Shown here piece after piece: positions 62,840 through 64,000 of a DNA stretch of 64,000 nucleotides. The translations under genes were made by a program, and so were the position numbers. Source of the stretch: Azolla caroliniana (Eukaryota; Plantae; Polypodiophyta); NCBI GenBank assembly GCA_043228905.1, contig JBHGNT010000012.1, positions 20,584,001 to 20,648,000 of the forward strand. The letters are read 5' to 3'. The notes beneath the pieces were generated by a model. It was not told the DNA's origin. It saw nothing but the letters and a program-made list of their open reading frames with translations, and made no database searches. The stretch's first letter is position 1, and each line of letters opens with the position of its first letter.

Positions 62840-63530
62840 AGTTATTGCAATCCAAGACCGAACACTAGAGGATTTCACTCCGTTGGATCGAACAGTTGAG
62901 GAGGCGATCCAAGACCGACCAATGGCAACAACTGAGTGTAGAATGTTGCCGTTGGATGAGTGAACTCCGTCAAATCGAAATGTGGAAGCAATCCGGGACT
63001 GGACAGTAGCGGCAACTGAGTATAGAATGATGGCAATGGAGGAGAGAACCCCGTCAGATTGAACAGTTACCGATGATGCTTGGAACGCACATAGAAGGCA
63101 CTTGAGAGTAGAGTGGCACAGAGAAGAGAACCCTGTCAGATTGAACAGTTACCAATGATGCTTGAAAGGCACAGTAGCGGCCCCTGAGTGAGAGTGGAAA
63201 AGAGAAGAGAACCCCGTCAGATTGAATAGCTCTTTGATGATGCTTGGAACGCATAGTAGCGGCCCCTGAGTGTAGAGTGGCAAAGAGAAGAGAACCCCGT
63301 CAGATTGAATAGCTCTTTGATGATGCTTGGAACGCACAGCAACGGCCCCTGAGTGTAGAGTGGCACAGAGAAGAGAACCCCGTCAGATTGAACAACTCTT
63401 TGATGATGCTTGGAATGCACAGTAGTGGCCCCTGAGTGTAGAGTGTCACAGAGAAGAGAACCCCGTCAGATTGAGCAACTCTTTGATGATGCTTGGAATG
63501 CACAGTAGCGGCCCCTCAGTGTAGAGTGGC
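62840..63530. repeat. 83-bp tandem repeat (about 6 good copies plus degenerate ones) upstream of the transposase
   Basis: gagaaccccgtcagattgaa...tgatgatgcttggaa.gcacagtagcggcccctgagtgtagagtggc. The ORF starts recur every 83 nt. A related degenerate array lies at 8128-8430 in copy A. Confidence 0.9.
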
Positions 63531-64000
63531 GGTAGGTGGACTCGATAGGGTTTAGCAACAATGGTAGCAACTAACCCACAGTACTCAACTAGAGATGGCC
63601 TACGTGATGTGGCAAAGGATCATGCATAATAGACCTAGGAATTCGATATATAATTTATGGTACACATTTATGGTGCACACCAATTTATGTTGCACATTTA
63701 TGGCACTCATTTACATATGTAATGAAAACACTCTAGTATTTTCAATGGTAGTTTTTTGCATACTTAATTTATTAATGATGGCTTTTTACTAAAATGACTA
63801 TTTATCAATGGTAGCTTTGTGCATAGCTAATTAGCTATGTCAAGGACATAGCTAATTGTTTCCACTCGCATGCTTTCACCCATGCGCCTAAATAGACTGT
63901 TGCCGGAGAAGACCGGCCCACGCCTACCCTTCGTCCTCCGGATTGCCATTCACCCCGAACCGGTCATCCTCGTGCCGCTTTTTGAACGCTTTGATCCTTT

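Larger units (their letters stand above)
55133..63881 (-). mobile_element. Sola2-type DNA transposon, copy B, 8749 bp, both ends intact
   Basis: 25-bp TIRs GGGT[A/G]AAAGCATGCGAGTGGAAACA with one mismatch. 4-bp TSD ATGC (55129-55132 and 63882-63885). Contains a DDD transposase gene. Confidence 0.88.

Noticed and set aside
63054-63503. Four similar short ORFs (M.SKHHQR..)
   Set aside because: They are translations of the 83-bp tandem repeat.
55133-63881. Classification as CACTA, hAT, MULE or PIF
   Set aside because: The termini are GGG with a 4-bp TSD (not CACTA/3 bp, 8 bp, 9-10 bp or TWA), and the transposase motifs do not match those families.

Overview
Eukaryotic, land-plant-type DNA. A seed-free plant such as a fern or lycophyte is inferred from the TE repertoire but not proven. 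Most of the window is nested LTR retrotransposons: several decayed Ty1/copia copies, one very young near-intact copia (33142-38762), Ty3/gypsy pol fragments, and a tRNA-Trp-primed gag-only gypsy family. One intact host gene is present, a two-exon family-1 UDP-glycosyltransferase (27954-29733). The most unusual object is a cut-and-paste DNA transposon family present twice (55133-63881 with both TIRs and a 4-bp TSD; ~8128-13717 in the opposite orientation, one end lost). It has GGG termini and a spliced DDD transposase of Sola2 type. It also carries a convergent multi-exon cargo gene (unknown domain + RING-H2), followed by a degenerate NIF/FCP1-like HAD phosphatase domain. Its large introns are filled with minisatellites: a telo-box-like repeat, and arrays of the same TAGCTAATTAGCTA palindrome that sits just inside both TIRs. 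All calls come from reading the sequence by eye; no database searches were run.
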